DNA of 64,000 bases from Camelus ferus. Lineage: Eukaryota. Under the pieces are notes generated by a model, which was not told the DNA's origin, searched no databases, and worked only from the letters and a program-made list of their open reading frames with translations. Positions 14,701 to 28,478 of this stretch are shown in pieces. A program made the translations under genes and the position numbers. The stretch spans positions 83,702,001 through 83,766,000 of the forward strand of contig NC_045696.1 in assembly GCF_009834535.1 (NCBI RefSeq), read 5' to 3'. Position 1 is the first letter of the stretch. Every line of letters begins with the position of its first letter.

Positions 14701-16335
14701 AATGCAGTTTTTAATACTGTACATGTAAGGTGAGCTAATGGCTAAAGAAAGGTCACTAGATCTTCTAATGAGTAGATAGGAGTAATTTCCAAACAGCACC
14801 TTGTTCTCCCATAAATTACATGTGAATTGGGTGTAAAAGCTCTTTGTATATAAATTGTAAAGAACTATAAAAGCAGAGTTTATGATGGTTGCTACCGAAG
14901 TGAGTTTTGAAGGACATTTTTTCCCTGAATATATGAACACTTATCTGCAAATATATTTAACCTCTTGGTGGTAGGTTTATCTACAAGGTGGTAAAGAATA
15001 GAACCAAGATCTTTAGTGGAATAACTGTTTGCTCTTCCTGAGAAATTCTGATTTACACTTAGTCAATGGAGAAATAACACAACATCAGAGATGAAGTGTC
15101 TAGTATGCTAATGAGTCTTGTTTTGAGCTATAGTTATAGTTAGTTTTACTCTATAATGCTTGAAAGTCAAAATGTAGACTAATAATAAACATCAGATACC
15201 CATGTCCAAATTACTATAAATACTGAGTTGGTTGAATCTGGAACCAGTGAGGTTATTGTGTGCCTGCACTTCCTGTTTTACCCACCTCCCAATTACTTGC
15301 AGCTGTCAAAATAATTTTAATCATTTTCAGATACTTTGCAGAAGCAAAGGGACTTAAGCCCTTTAGCCAAATAAAGATGTTGCCCCACCTCTTGTCTTCT
15401 TTTATAGCCCTGCTGGGTCCCCCTGTTTCAGTCAGGCCAGCATTCTTTCTGAACATCACTATTATGCTGCAAGATCCAGGTCATTCCACAGTTCTGATTC
15501 TGTATCCTTGCCTGTTAAACCACATCAGAGAGTCAGAGAATTTTAGAGCTGGAAGAAGCCTTAGAAACCAGTTGCTAAGCCCCTTTATTTGACCAGTAAG
15601 GAAAGTAGGACATAAAATAAATATAAATAAAATGTATATAAAATAAAATGAGTACTTTTTATTTAAAATAAAAATAAATATTTTTCAGATTAAAAATTAA
15701 ATCCAAATCTCTGGACTTCTAGCATCTGTCCTGTTCTACCATTAAATGTTGCCTGCAGATATGTACGAGTAGACACGTGCAGAAATCTCCAAGGAACACC
15801 TGGCCTTTGCATTCTCCCACCTCTATGTTCAGGCTGTTCACCAGATATGCTTGGTTATTTCTCAGGATGTGGAAGAGTCAGTTATGGGGAGAGCAAATTG
15901 AAACATTTATCAGGCAGGGAGACAAAGGAGCAAACATGCTCCTTAGACTTGTTTGCAATTAGAGTAGCGACTGGATTTGTATGCACTTTACTGCTTTTTT
16001 AATTCATTCAGTATCAAAGAAGGATAATGTGTTTGCACTTTTTAGAGTCATACCTGTAGAAAAAGAGAGCCCCACTCTGGGACCCCTTACGTGTGACACA
16101 GGGTCTTAGTTTATATGTAATAGTTTTCAACTTACTGAAAATCATAGATGACAAAGAAATCCAAAATAGCATTCTTTTATCAAAAACCTTTACTGAAAAA
16201 ATCAGAGCCTTTCTGCAAAACTGAGTCTTTCCTATCTTATTCAGATTTATTTCACTAAGAATATGCAAAACCAATTGGAAATGATAGTGTATTGCTGATG
16301 CCACTCTTCTCCTTTGCTTTAAATATGCATATTTA

Positions 16336-16455
16336 AACCTTTAATGAAGAAGAATATGAAAACGAATATATGTATATATACGTATGGATGGGACATTGTG
16401 CTATGCATCAGAAATTGATATTGTAGCTGACTATACTTCATTTAAATAAACAAAC
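16336..16455 (+). mobile_element. Young 5'-truncated L1 3' end (120 bp) with perfect 15-bp TSD
   Basis: 'gaatatatgtata...cagaaattga...ctgactatacttca' plus A-rich tail; TSD AAATATGCATATTTA at 16321-16335 and 16456-16470. Confidence 0.8.
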
Positions 16456-19400
16456 AAATATGCATATTTAGAATTTTAGCATTGGAAGAACCTTGGTGAC
16501 TCAAACATCCAACTGCTTCATTTTATTGCTGAGGAAATAGAATTCAAAAGGTAAAGTTTCTTAAATGTGAGCCCAGAACTGGTTAGTGTTTGGTTTGCAA
16601 GGAGCTCAGGAATCTTGGCTCAGGCCAGTGTTATTTCCCTAAATTACTTGAAAAATTCTCATTAAATTATCTCTTGGCTCCATCTGTTTCTACTTCTCTG
16701 TCAGTCTGTCTCTTTTTTCTTTCTCTCTCTTTTTTTTCTTCTTCTAGGCTAATCCATCTCAGTCCTACTTAAGTTATTTTCAATGGATTTAACATGAATA
16801 CTAAGTATGGAATGGGCTGAAAAGAAAACTTGGAAGTCTGAACTCTGATTAGAATGCTGATGACATCAAAGATTTTGTTTGCTTTCTTTTAACGTCCCGT
16901 CATGCACCTTTCTAAAGATCTGGGCTGTCTATTGCTTTTACTGTGCTTCCAGAAATCCCCATGCACTTTGTTAATTTAAACAACATAGATATTAGATATG
17001 TTGTCTCTACCTTTTATAAAGAAACTTTTAGAGGTTGCCAGTGAATGCCTATGCTTACGTTGGTATAAGTCAGCTGTTTCAAATTTAAAGTTTCTTAAAG
17101 CTGGTCTCAGAAATCTATCTTGGTATGTAACCACTTACACATTTTGTATGTAAATTTTATGAAATTGATATGAAGAGTACATTGTTAACATTATGTGCTG
17201 ATTGTCTTGGTTTAGTCATTCAGTAAACAATCAGAGGGTCCCCAGCTTGCACCAGACTCAAGGCTCAGTGACAATATGCACAAATTGTAAAAACACTGAC
17301 TCTCATAAGTAACTCCACAAAGGAGTAGGAGTGACAAATCTATACGTGAAGTATTTTAATCAGACTGTGGATAGAGATTTGCTTAGGGCCCCATGGGAGA
17401 ACAGACGTGGGTCGTCCAGACTGCCTGGGAACTCCTCCAGGGACCACGGTGAAGGCAGACCCTTATCTCACTGTTGCGTGTCACATCGTGGGTGACTGTG
17501 TTTGCATGATAGAGGCCAGTATGATGGAAGTATCTCAGGGCCTACTCACCAGAATAAGCTTTCACAAAACTTTCTGTAGCCTCCTCACATCACATCATCA
17601 TGGGAAGTCTCCCACTATCCCTATAAAATCCATACATCCTTTCTTAAGGATGAAGAAAGAATAATGTTTTTATTTGAACTTTAGGGTCTCACCCATTGAT
17701 CTCTGCCTTCTGCTTTTAAGGGCTCTTACATGCTGTGCAGTGAGTAGTGATTAAAATATAACCCCCACCCTGTTCCCCTCACCAAATCAGGCAGTGCCTG
17801 GTACATCAGTGCAGGAGATACTCTTATTTAGGACCACATGTGATCTTCTTAACCAACCACAGGAAAATACTCATTTTTTCTGTAGCAAATATAAGAAAAG
17901 AAAAGAAATTGTAGTTAATTATGCTCCTATTTCAAAGGAGAACTTAAAATGTTCAAAAATGGAAAGAGAATGCAGGATATCACTTAAGAATTCCAATCAA
18001 ACTGGTGAAGCAGGTTTTAGACATTTGGTGTTGACTTTGTCCCTACAGTCTCTTTCTAAGTTCCTTCAGTGGTAACCTGTATACGTGGTTAAACAGTTTG
18101 GTTGTGGGACCAAAAAAAAAAAAAAAAAGCCAGGAAGAGTAAGAGGTGGCTGTGGAGGAGAAGCTGGGATTTACCTCACAGGGGTCCTTGTGTTGGGTCT
18201 TCTTAGACTTGTAAGTGACAGTGAAATAGACCTTCCCAGCAGTGACCTTCAGCTACCAGCAACTCAAGTGTCTCTTCCATTACTCTGCGTATCTCCCTGT
18301 ACTGTCTTGATATCCCTGTCAAACATGAAACATGTCCAACATGGGATGCGTGACTCCTCTCCCCTCAAACCCCCACCGCCCTCCTTGGTCCTGGATCTCC
18401 TTTCACACGGTAGTAGCACAAACCAGAAATCTCGACACCATCCTTGGATCCACTTTCATAGTGCACTGTGAGCCAGTCACTCAGGCATCTTGCACTTATT
18501 TCTGAAATATATTTTACTTCCACGCATTCCTCTCCCTCTGTCAGTGATTACTGCATATGCTTGACTATTCTAAGGCAAGATTCCTTCACCCTGCAAAATT
18601 GCTGCTCAGAAAAGAGGGGGTCTCGTTGTACTGGAGTGAGTACAAAGCCTCTGCTATTTCTGGGTGCTTTCCCAACTGCTTTATTTTAAACAGCAGAGCA
18701 CTGTGTGAGGAAGACGCATTGGCCCAAAATGACCTTGTTTAATGAGGTTAGATATTTATGGAGGGCACCTGACAAAATCTTGATTTTTGGTGCGGCAGCA
18801 TTTAAGATAGTGTGGATATTCATTCCCAGAAATGTGTCCTCACAATTGCAAATGCAAAATATCTTTATAAATAAGCCTTTTCACTACCCCTCTCCCCGCA
18901 AAAACAGAACAAAGCAAAAAACACCCCCAATACATTCAGGAGCTAGGGCTACAGAAAGCACGAATCTGCACCTACAAGACAAGTGAATATGTCCTGTCCT
19001 ACTTTTTACAAAATATTTGTGACTTAGGACATTTCCCATGATAGCGTCAGACAGATTGCACCAGTGCTGTAGCGGCAGTGAAGATGAGTATGCCTCAGAG
19101 AACTATCAGAGGACAAAAAAAACTGACCCAAGGTGATGCAGACACACATGTCGGACATGCCTGTGGAGAGTTTGAATCAAATTGGGGGAGATGCAGACGG
19201 AGAAAAAAGAGACCTATCTAAATGTTTTGTATTTCACTACTAATTGCACTTAAGTAACTGAAAATAACAAGGCTCAAGATCTTATATAAACACCTATACA
19301 TTCAGAAAAGTACATGAATCATAAGTATACAGCTTAGAGGACAGTGGTGTTACATTATGATTTTAATTTGATTTCCCTGATAACTAATTTAGTTGGCCAC

Positions 19401-19854
19401 TTTTTCAATATTTAGTTGCCATTAGGATATCCTTAAGTGCCTGTTCATTTTCTTTTTCACTCCCCACTCATTTTTACTTCTCTAAAATTTTGTATATTCC
19501 AGTTGGAAAAAAAATCCACTTTTTTTTATGAGATTGTCTTACTGGCAAAACTGGAGATCATCTTGCATTTGGGCAATATGGAAGTTTATTTTAGGTTATT
19601 GAAATTACCTCTTAACTAATCCGTCAACCTCTACTCTCTTGGATCACTATGTCTTCTACACTACTCATAAAGTTATTTTTTATATGCAGATTTGATTAAG
19701 TCCATTGTAGCCCTATCCCATTCATTCTCTCCCCATCCAGATTACCCACTTTTATGTCAAACCTATGCTAAACATTCTGTTTCCAGAACGCTCCTATGAA
19801 AGTTCGTGGGGAGTAGGAGTTGGGCTGAGGGGAGGGGTGGGGAGTGGGGAGTCG

Positions 19855-19995
19855 GGGCACACTTGTTAAATGTTCAGAAAATCAAGCCTCTTCCCTGGAA
19901 GTTCTGACTCAGTAGATTCAGGTTGAGCCCAAGGAATCTATGCAATGAACAAGCACTCCAGGTGGTTCTTACTTTCAGGGAAGTCTGAGGAATAT
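19855..19995. mobile_element. MER5-like hAT-Charlie relic
   Basis: 'ttctgactcagtagattcaggttgagcccaaggaatctatgc...aacaagcactccaggtggttct'. Confidence 0.55.
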
Positions 19996-20319
19996 GACAA
20001 ATACCTTGTTTTTGGTTTTTTGCCCCAGTGCTCTTACACATTCTCTGTCCACTTTCTGGATTGTTCTTTCTCCTGCCTCCATTGGAAGAAAACATCCCTA
20101 CATATGTTGCCTTTGGGAATCTAGATTGACTCCTACAGGCTGAGTAAATTACTCTGCAGTCAGTAAAGGCTTACTCCTGACCTTCCTCACAGACCTAGTC
20201 CATGGTGGCCTTCCCCATCTCAGCTGGTTACACGCACTGGGCTTACCTGAAGTTTAACCACAGAATTGGCTGCAACTTGCACTTGGTCCTATTCTGTTGT
20301 CATACTCGGGCCTGGATGA

Positions 20320-20990
20320 CTGCAGACACCTGCTACTAACTAGCTTTCCTGCTTGCATTCTGCACCCACGTGGTCAGACTGATCATTATTCTAAACTCAA
20401 AGTCAGTATCCCATGTTACTGCTCAGAATGCACCAGTGACTCCCCATTTCTCTCAGAATAAAAGCCAAGTCTTCATGAGGTCTTACAAGGCCTGTCGCTA
20501 TCTGCCCTGTCCCCACCTTCACCCTTGACCTTCTAGGCTCTCTCCACCTCGACTCTTCCAGTCCCTCTCCTTTTCTTAGAACATCCCAGGTATGCTTGCA
20601 CAGTAGAACGGGCCTTTGCATTGCCCGTTCCTTCTGTCTGGAACACTTAACCTGAGGTATCTGGAGTAACTCCTTCACTTTTTTCAAGTCTTGGCTCCAG
20701 TGTCTCCTTCTTAGTGAATCCTGACTTGACCACCGTGTTTAAAAGTGAAACCTGACCCATCCTTCCCACACCTCCAGTCTCTTTCACATTTTTCTTTTTT
20801 TCACCCATGACATTTACTAACTTCTAATATACTATTAGTTATGTTTATCATTTCTATCTGTCTGCAGAATATGAGCTCCCCAAAGGCAGATATTTTTTAT
20901 GTGCTCACGATGTATTCTCAAGTATCAAAACAATGCCTGGCATATACTAAATGCTCAGTAAATACTTGTTTGATTTGTTAAATGAAATAT
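20320..20990 (-). mobile_element. L2 LINE 3' fragment
   Basis: 'gtgactccccatttctctcagaataaaagccaag', ending 'aatgcctggcatatactaaatgctcagtaaatacttgtt...aatgaa'. Confidence 0.7.
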
Positions 20991-22729
20991 TCAGGATGCA
21001 ACAGATAAGAGACCTTATATAGCATCTCTTTATAAGCCAGATTTTTATGAAACCTTTTCCAAAATATGTTGCATATTTTCACATTTTGGAGTGAAAACTT
21101 GATACAGAGAGTTTGGATGAAGATGGGGTTGCTCGTGTACTGCTGTGATGATTTGAAGGAAAAGCCAGTTCAGCCCAGCTCATCCTGCCTGTGTTGTGGG
21201 TATTCTCTGAGATACAGGTTTATACCATATAAAAACTTTTTAGGAGTTGATACTTGAGTACTGGATTTTAGGTTTTTTCCTCTTTGCTGGCATTACTCAA
21301 AGTGTCCATAGAGGTGAATTCCCAAGAAAAAATCAGATAACTTAAGAAAATTAAATGTCTTCTATGTTTGGTTCAAGCACATCGATTTTGAAAAGTTTAT
21401 GCAGAAATTTTTACTCCCATTATAAAACCAGTGTGCTTTTGCATATTCTAGCCCATCTGAAGAGCACTTGCGTCAATTTTGGATGACCAGAAACCTAACC
21501 GTCTTTTTCTTCCCTCATGCATTATTTCCTGAAATATTGTGATGCTGTCCAGCTGAAATCTGATTGCTAGCTAAGAATATTACTCTAGAGGGTCTATTTC
21601 TATACATCCAATTTTAGAATAATGTTTACTTCTATTACTGTGAGCACATAAGTTTCCCATATGTTCTCATATGTGCTTATTCATTCCTTTGAGAAGTGTA
21701 ACTTCTACTTTATAGAGTCCCGCATTTTCATGGGACGGGGGGTACATTTCCTCTTGGTTTGCTGAGAGACTGTGTGTGAAAATCTGCGGGCTCAGCAGGG
21801 CGCCCCGTCAGCCTGGTTCCCCTCACCTTGGTGATCTCCAGTTGTCTTCTTACCGCTTTACCTGTCCTAACCTTCTCTCTCAACCCAAATGTATTGATCA
21901 GAACCTTTTATGAGAGTAAATCCTACCCTGAAGGCTCTCCCAAGGTGCCTGGAATGCTGCTGGGCTCGAAGCAGCTAAGAGAAAAGTGATTGAGTAGATT
22001 TCATCTAATAAGAAGAATGATTATTAGCAGCCCACCACTTGAAAAAATGCCAAAAAGAGACTTGTGTGAAGACATGCATCTTATGTCAGCTAATGTTAAT
22101 ACTTGTTTGAAAAAGCCAGATCTCAGTTAGATAGTGTCATGAGGGAAAGCCTGGGTATAGTTTTATCCAAAATAGGAAAGGTAGTTAAGCACCAATTCAA
22201 ACCATGGTTAAAATTTCCATTTAAATGACTTCATAAGCTGTATGAATTCTCAAACTTAAAATAGACACTTGCATGAACTATTGTAGGAACTTTATTGTGC
22301 AAAAAAAACCCCCAAAAAACTGCAATTGCCATGCAGTAGAAAAATGCCTAGTCAGACTGTCCTTCTTTTCTCTCAGTATTCTGAAAGCTTCTATATTTCA
22401 GGGCTATGGTTTAACTAATGCTAATCATATGAGCCTATATACATCAACAGAAAAATTTATATTTCATCTCTGTTCTGTTGTCTGTCTCTTCTCTGGGAAT
22501 ATGAGTACTAATGAGCCAACAGATACAGAAATTCAGTTAAAAAATGCTGCGACTTGAAGGATGGCAGGCAAATGAAGGAGAGAATGAAGTATCTCCTAAA
22601 TGCATTCATTCATTGCACAAGTATTACTGAATACTAGATATTAGGAACTGGGGGATTGGAACTGAAGTAGTGGTACTTATAGAAGAGAAGGAAAGAAAAG
22701 GTAGCCATTCGCCACCTTCCTGGCACGTA

Positions 22730-23450
22730 TAGTTCGTTCATTCACTGATTATCTACGAAATGCCTACTACTCAGTATACCAGGGATACAGCAGTGAAATA
22801 AGTCAAACCAGAAATTCTTGCCCTGATTGAGCTTATATTCTAGTTGGATAGAAAGGCAATAAATAAAGCAAAGAAAAAAAATCTAGTAAAGAAAGTTAAG
22901 TGCTAAGGAGAAAAATAAAGTGGGGAAGGAGACTGGAAGTGGTGTGGGTGGGAAGCAGGCTGTAATCTTAGATCGACTGTCCAAGAAAGGACTTGAGGAG
23001 ACGGTATCTTCTTAGTAAAGATCAGAGGGAAGTGAGGGGGCTCGTCAGGCAGGAACCTGGAGAAGGAGCAGCGGAGGTGCCGAGGTGAAAGCTGGCCTGG
23101 CCTGTTCAGGAGATCACACGCAGGCTGCTGTGGCTGGAGCAGGGTGGGCGGTGGGGCAGGGCATCTCAAGGGCTTTGGGTTTCACTCAGGGTGTGGCGGG
23201 AAGCCTCTGGAAGGTTTTGCCCCCAGGCCAGGGATGTGAATCTATAATTTAGCAGAGGGAACCAACCACAGGACAGGCTTAATTAATAATGAAATGCAGC
23301 CATAAGTTGTCGAGAGGACTGGCAAGGTTGACTTGAACTGGAAGGTGCAAAACTGGGATGAGGTGAGAAGCCAAAGCTGGACCTGAGGTTTCCGAGTTAC
23401 CTGTGAGAGGTCCCACTGGAGTCAGGAGGATACGATGCTCGGAGATCGAG
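22730..23450 (+). mobile_element. L2 LINE fragment, opposite orientation to the copy at 20320
   Basis: 'ttcgttcattcactga...gggatacagcagtgaa...gagcttatattctagttgg', 'gggaagcctctggaaggttt'. Confidence 0.6.
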
Positions 23451-25399
23451 GGGAGACCTCGTGGAAAGAGGCGGCCGAGACACTGAAGAAGAGCCTGAGG
23501 GGGGCCCTTGCTCACTCCCAGGGCCGAGGGAGGATCCAGTGTGATCCTCAAAACGGTCATCACTGTCCCCCTTCTTCTGTCTTTTTACTTGCTTTATGTG
23601 GGTTGTTTTCTAAGATCTTTGCTATTCTTTCTCAGACTTCTTAGGAGGTGAAATTATGAAAGAAGGAGGGAAGGATAATTGGGAAACTGTATCCGTGATG
23701 GTATCTTGGTGTTAATTTCTGACTCTTTGTTGAGCGGAGGTGAGGGTGGTGGGCCTCCACCCCTCTTCTAGCCAGTTAGAACCACAACCCAAAACTGCTC
23801 TTAAACAGGTAATAAATGTCTACAATTTTAGGCCTAAAAACAAAAATAAAACAAAACTTCTGAAGTATTGTGTTCTGAGAACTATATTGATTTCAGTTTG
23901 TTTTCCTTTTTTGTCATCTGTTGCTATCCTACTTAAAATCTTCAGCCACAGTGATCAAAGGCACAGATTTGTTCATCTTAATTTTTATCACCTGTAAAAT
24001 GATAAAGGTCCTCAAAAATCAATGTTTTCTCAAGTTGAATTGGGTGTCTTTCATACCAAGACTCAGTTGTTTGTTTTTGTTTTTAAGTAAAGATAAAAGT
24101 GTTATTGTCAGGACTGAAAGCAGAATTTCACAGGCTGCCAAAGAAATGCTGTCCTCTATTGGCTTAAGGTGTTAAAACATTTTACAGTGTTTTCTGTCTA
24201 AATTTAGAGTGTTGCTTTCTTTCTGGATTGGAAGAGTCTGCCCTGAAATGTAATAGATGTGTATTTTACTCCTAAGTGGATGTATACAGCTAATTTCTTT
24301 CAGATAGAGGGATGGAAGTAAGAGTTAAAATGGAAAATTGCTGGGGGAAGCTGGCATGTTTTTAAACTCTCAAGTGCTTTAAGGGGGAAATAAAAACTCT
24401 TTCCAGTCTTGACTGAATGGAAAATATTAAGCTCTTTGTCAGTAAGCAGGGGAGATGTTGAGTGTTATGGATTTTCATCTTTGTCTCACGAGTTCTTGTG
24501 ATTCACATCCTGTCCCTGCTGCAGTGTTGGTCTGCATTAACGATCTTGAAGGCCAGATTGAACCATTATTTTTATACTTTTTTTCCCTTGAACCTGCTTG
24601 GTGCTTTGAAAATATTCATTATATACCTTTTTTGTTGCAGAGGTTCTAGCAGTGTTAGTTTTTCTTGACTGATGCCCTTGACTTCAGAATAGAAATAGAA
24701 AAATAGAGGTAGGGACAAGGATTGATTAGCAATCCTCCTTTTCAGCAAAACAGCAAACGTCTCTAGATAAATCACCAGTTCAAAAACCTGGAGAATGCAT
24801 GTTAAAAAATTAAGGGTAGTGTAGGTCTGTGTGTGTGCTCATCGATAGGGAAGTTTTCTAGAAGAGATAGTAAGAACACAAAAATTCTATCTGGTCTGTT
24901 TTACTGTCCTTGAACTTTTATTTAAAAATACGCTTATAGGTTTTACTAAGCTGTTAGAATGATTATTCACAACATCCTTCTTTTTAGGGGAATTGTTTTA
25001 AGTAAAAGGAAACTGAGACCAATATTTCATTGCTGTTTCAAGTGTCTCTCGAGATCTGTGTGTGTGTATAATTACTTTGTTATTATTAGATTTTAACTTC
25101 AGGGTTGAAGGGGTTCAGGGAATCACCTGATTCCTTGTCTGGCACTTTTAAGCCATCACAGATAGTTGAAAAGATATTTTAGTATTTTCTAGCATCTACT
25201 CTGTGCCCTGCAGTGTTTGAAGCACTTGGTGTATATTAACCCGTTTAGCCCTGACATCCACCCAAAGAGATGGGCATTAGTGTTACTCCCATGCACCATG
25301 TAAGGGAACAGAAGTACAAAGAAGTTCAGCCACTCGCCCCGTAAGGAATGATCTGGGACGTCTGTACCCTCAACCGGGACATTATCGCCAGCCTCTTTC

Positions 25400-26110
25400 C
25401 TTCTCCCTTCCTTTCTAAGGGTTAATTTTTACTCTCACTTCACTTTACTGAATGTGGTTTCCTCAGCCTATAGTTTAAGACTCCTTTTCGGCTTGTTTTC
25501 CTTTTCCTAAGCCTGACGAAGAACAGCTCTTCTCCACCTTGCCATGGGTCCCTGCTGCTCCGCTCCCGCACCTCCCTCCTTGGCGACGGTCTCCAACCCT
25601 CACAGCATTTCTGAATTCTAAAGTTATACGTCAGGACTGGAAGCTGTTACTCTAATAATGACTTGACCAGTTCTGAGTCAGATCATATTAATTGTACAGT
25701 TACCTCATGGTTTCTACATATATCCTCTATTTCTGTTTGCCACATCTTTTTTTCTGCTGCATTTGCAAAAACCATATTATTCTTGCCTTAGGTCGTGCTA
25801 TTAGTGATACCATTTTATGTGTTGGTGAATACGTCTCAGATGTCCCAGGGCCTTTGAATGTGGATTGTAATCGATAAACCTGATCGCCTCTTTGTGGACA
25901 TTGTATAGCATCTCTTCAGGTGTCTTATTAAAGTTTCTAACCACATATTCTAGGATCTTCTGGCTCCTGAGACACACTGCTATTAATATGTTGAACGTAT
26001 AAATAACTATTGTGCAGAAAACTGTCAAAGATAGTTGTGTGATTCAGTTTGGTCAGTGTGTACTTTGGACCAGCTGTTGGCACATTCTCTTCCTAACTGA
26101 ATCGCAGGGA
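25400..26110. mobile_element. Possible ancient CR1/L3 LINE relic
   Basis: 'caggactggaagctgttactctaataatgacttgaccag' resembles the recalled L3 consensus; highly diverged. Confidence 0.3.
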
Positions 26111-28462
26111 AGAGAATAAAGCTCGTGCACCAGCTCCCCCCACACTCCCCCAGCCCCACACTCCCTCTCCGCCTGGTGTAGGTGGTGGAGCCCCCACCCT
26201 TTTCCAAGATGAAGTTGTGCTGATGAGTTCTCTGCTTCCTAAACCAAAGATAATCACCCGATGACCGAGTACCACATAATGTTCAGTTTACGACCCTGAG
26301 TTTACAGTGATTGCTGCTGTATTTTAATAAGTCAAGAAGAATTTCACAGGGTTGTAATTTGTAAATGCAGTGTTTTCTCTCCATCCTTACCCTTCCACAA
26401 TATTAGTTTTATTTAGGGTCAGAGGTGGCTGGGGATGGGTGGTGAGCAGCCCCTCACATACGTTTTCTAGGCTGTGCTGCTGTTTTTGTTGTTGTTGTTG
26501 TTCTGTTTTTATCTTGGGTGTTGTTGGACTGGAGCTGTTTCCCCCTCATGGTCCTGACCTCCACCCAGGAGCACCCTAGACTTGGGACCTCTGCTGCCAC
26601 TTTGGTTCCATTAGAGCAAGATCTTGACTACTTTACCTGTTTTCCTTTCTTTGAAAATAAGGCACGTGCTAGCTGAAATTGTCCATAAGATGTCCAATTA
26701 GTGCAGCCAGATTTCCTATTAACCAGCACGGTGATGTTCCTGGGACCCTCTACCCAGACCGTGGGAACTTTGGCCAGTGGTCTGGAGATGAGGGAATGTT
26801 TCTCCTTCCAGCTGGGGAGCTTAGGTGTTCCCATGGCATCCTCTTCTTGCCTTTGTGAATCATAATAACTCTGTAATTCATCTATTTCCCTGCAAGTTTT
26901 CCCCACCTGACTGAAATTCTGAAAGGCTATGAGCACACAGTTCAGGGCTTTGCTTAGTGAGGTTCTGTAGCACTAATCTTTATTTTGCCTCCCCCCTTCC
27001 AAATGTCATTTAAGATGGTAGTATTAGTACCAATCCAAGGAGCCTCTTGATTTTAATAGGCTTTTACAAATTGGCTGAGACATATACTGTGCACATATAT
27101 GTTTGAAAAAAAATCTCATTTCTCAATAATGGATTTGAACCAGGCTTTTTGGAACAAAACTACCTTCACTCCAATTTCAGTACCTCTTTGCCTCTGTCCC
27201 TGTGATGTCTTCCAGGAGTGCCTTTCTCCTCAGTGCTCCCATCTACCAAATTGCTCTTCACTCTCAAAGCCAGCTAAGAGAGTGCCACCCTGAGAATCCT
27301 CCCTCACTCCTCCTCCACGCAGGGTTACCCCTCTCTCTCCCTGGGTTTAAATATACTTCTATTATGCCAAATGCATTTAGTTCTAATTACTTAAAATTAC
27401 CTATCTCCTGTGTTGGACTAGAGCGTCTTGGGGCCAAGATCCGTGTCTCTTCACTTTGCATTTCTACTCATACTGCAAAGCCAGGTACTTAACAGGAGTG
27501 CAGTTAATTCCTTTATAGCAACAGCACGGGGGTGGCGGGAGGGATCATCTGGTGAATAGAATAGGAACCCAAATGGAGAAAGGGAATGGGGCAAGGGTTA
27601 TTTCAGTGATTAAAGGGAAGCTGAGATGAGGGGAAAGATGAGTTGGGGCAGAAAAGCAATCAGGGGACGACGCCATACCAGTCTGGGTGGTGGCTGGCGT
27701 TCCAGGGGTTGTGGGCGAGATGTTAGCAGAGGTGTGAGTAGAGGCGGGCACTGCGGTAGTCCTAGACGCGGACCTGGGAATGGAGGGTTTGTGTGGGAAG
27801 GCCAGAGGAGAGCTGCAGTGCTGGGAAGAAGGGGAGTTACCCTGGAGACATGGCCGTGTTGGAGGGAGGACAGCAATGGCTGGTAACTGGCAGGGGTGGC
27901 AGTGGGGAAAGGGTGGAGGAGGGACAGGGGAGTCCTTCAGCAGCAAGCAGACGTCAGGGAGGGGAGTTGCTGCAACCATGGCAACTCTGGGCGGCCAGCA
28001 GTGTTGGGCAGTTGTCTGTACCGTACAAGGTCAGTCAGTGATTGACGAGTAAATTCCATCGTAGGTGGTCATGGGGAGCAAGGGATGGTAAGAGAACCAA
28101 ATAACCGGCTTGGCTTATCCTGCCAGGGAATGAGATCATATGTGACCATAATGCTGAACAAACAGGATTAAAGGGCACACTAGAAACTTACTTTATTCTC
28201 TCCTCCTCTTCCCTTTCCAACCACTCTCCAGGGCTAGTTTTTCTGTCCTTGCATGACATCCAGGACAGACTTCACTGCTTTTTAGCTTCTCTCAGATTAA
28301 AAAAAAAAAAAATCTTTCAATAACGTGTATCCATAAGCACAGTCTTGGTTTAGTAAGTATCGTGTCTGGTCGAGTCCTGTGTGCTGATACGTATTCTGTT
28401 CATTTAGAGGTAAAGCTTCCCCCTCTCTTGCAGCTCCTGTTTGCTGCAGACGTGAGGCCTGC

Positions 28463-28478
28463 GGGGGGGGGGGGGGGG
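28463..28478 (+). repeat. G16 homopolymer
   Basis: Direct count. Confidence 0.85.

Noticed and set aside
27545..28052. Cluster of six overlapping ORFs
   Set aside because: G-rich, probably old repeat-derived sequence; no recognisable protein similarity or exon structure.
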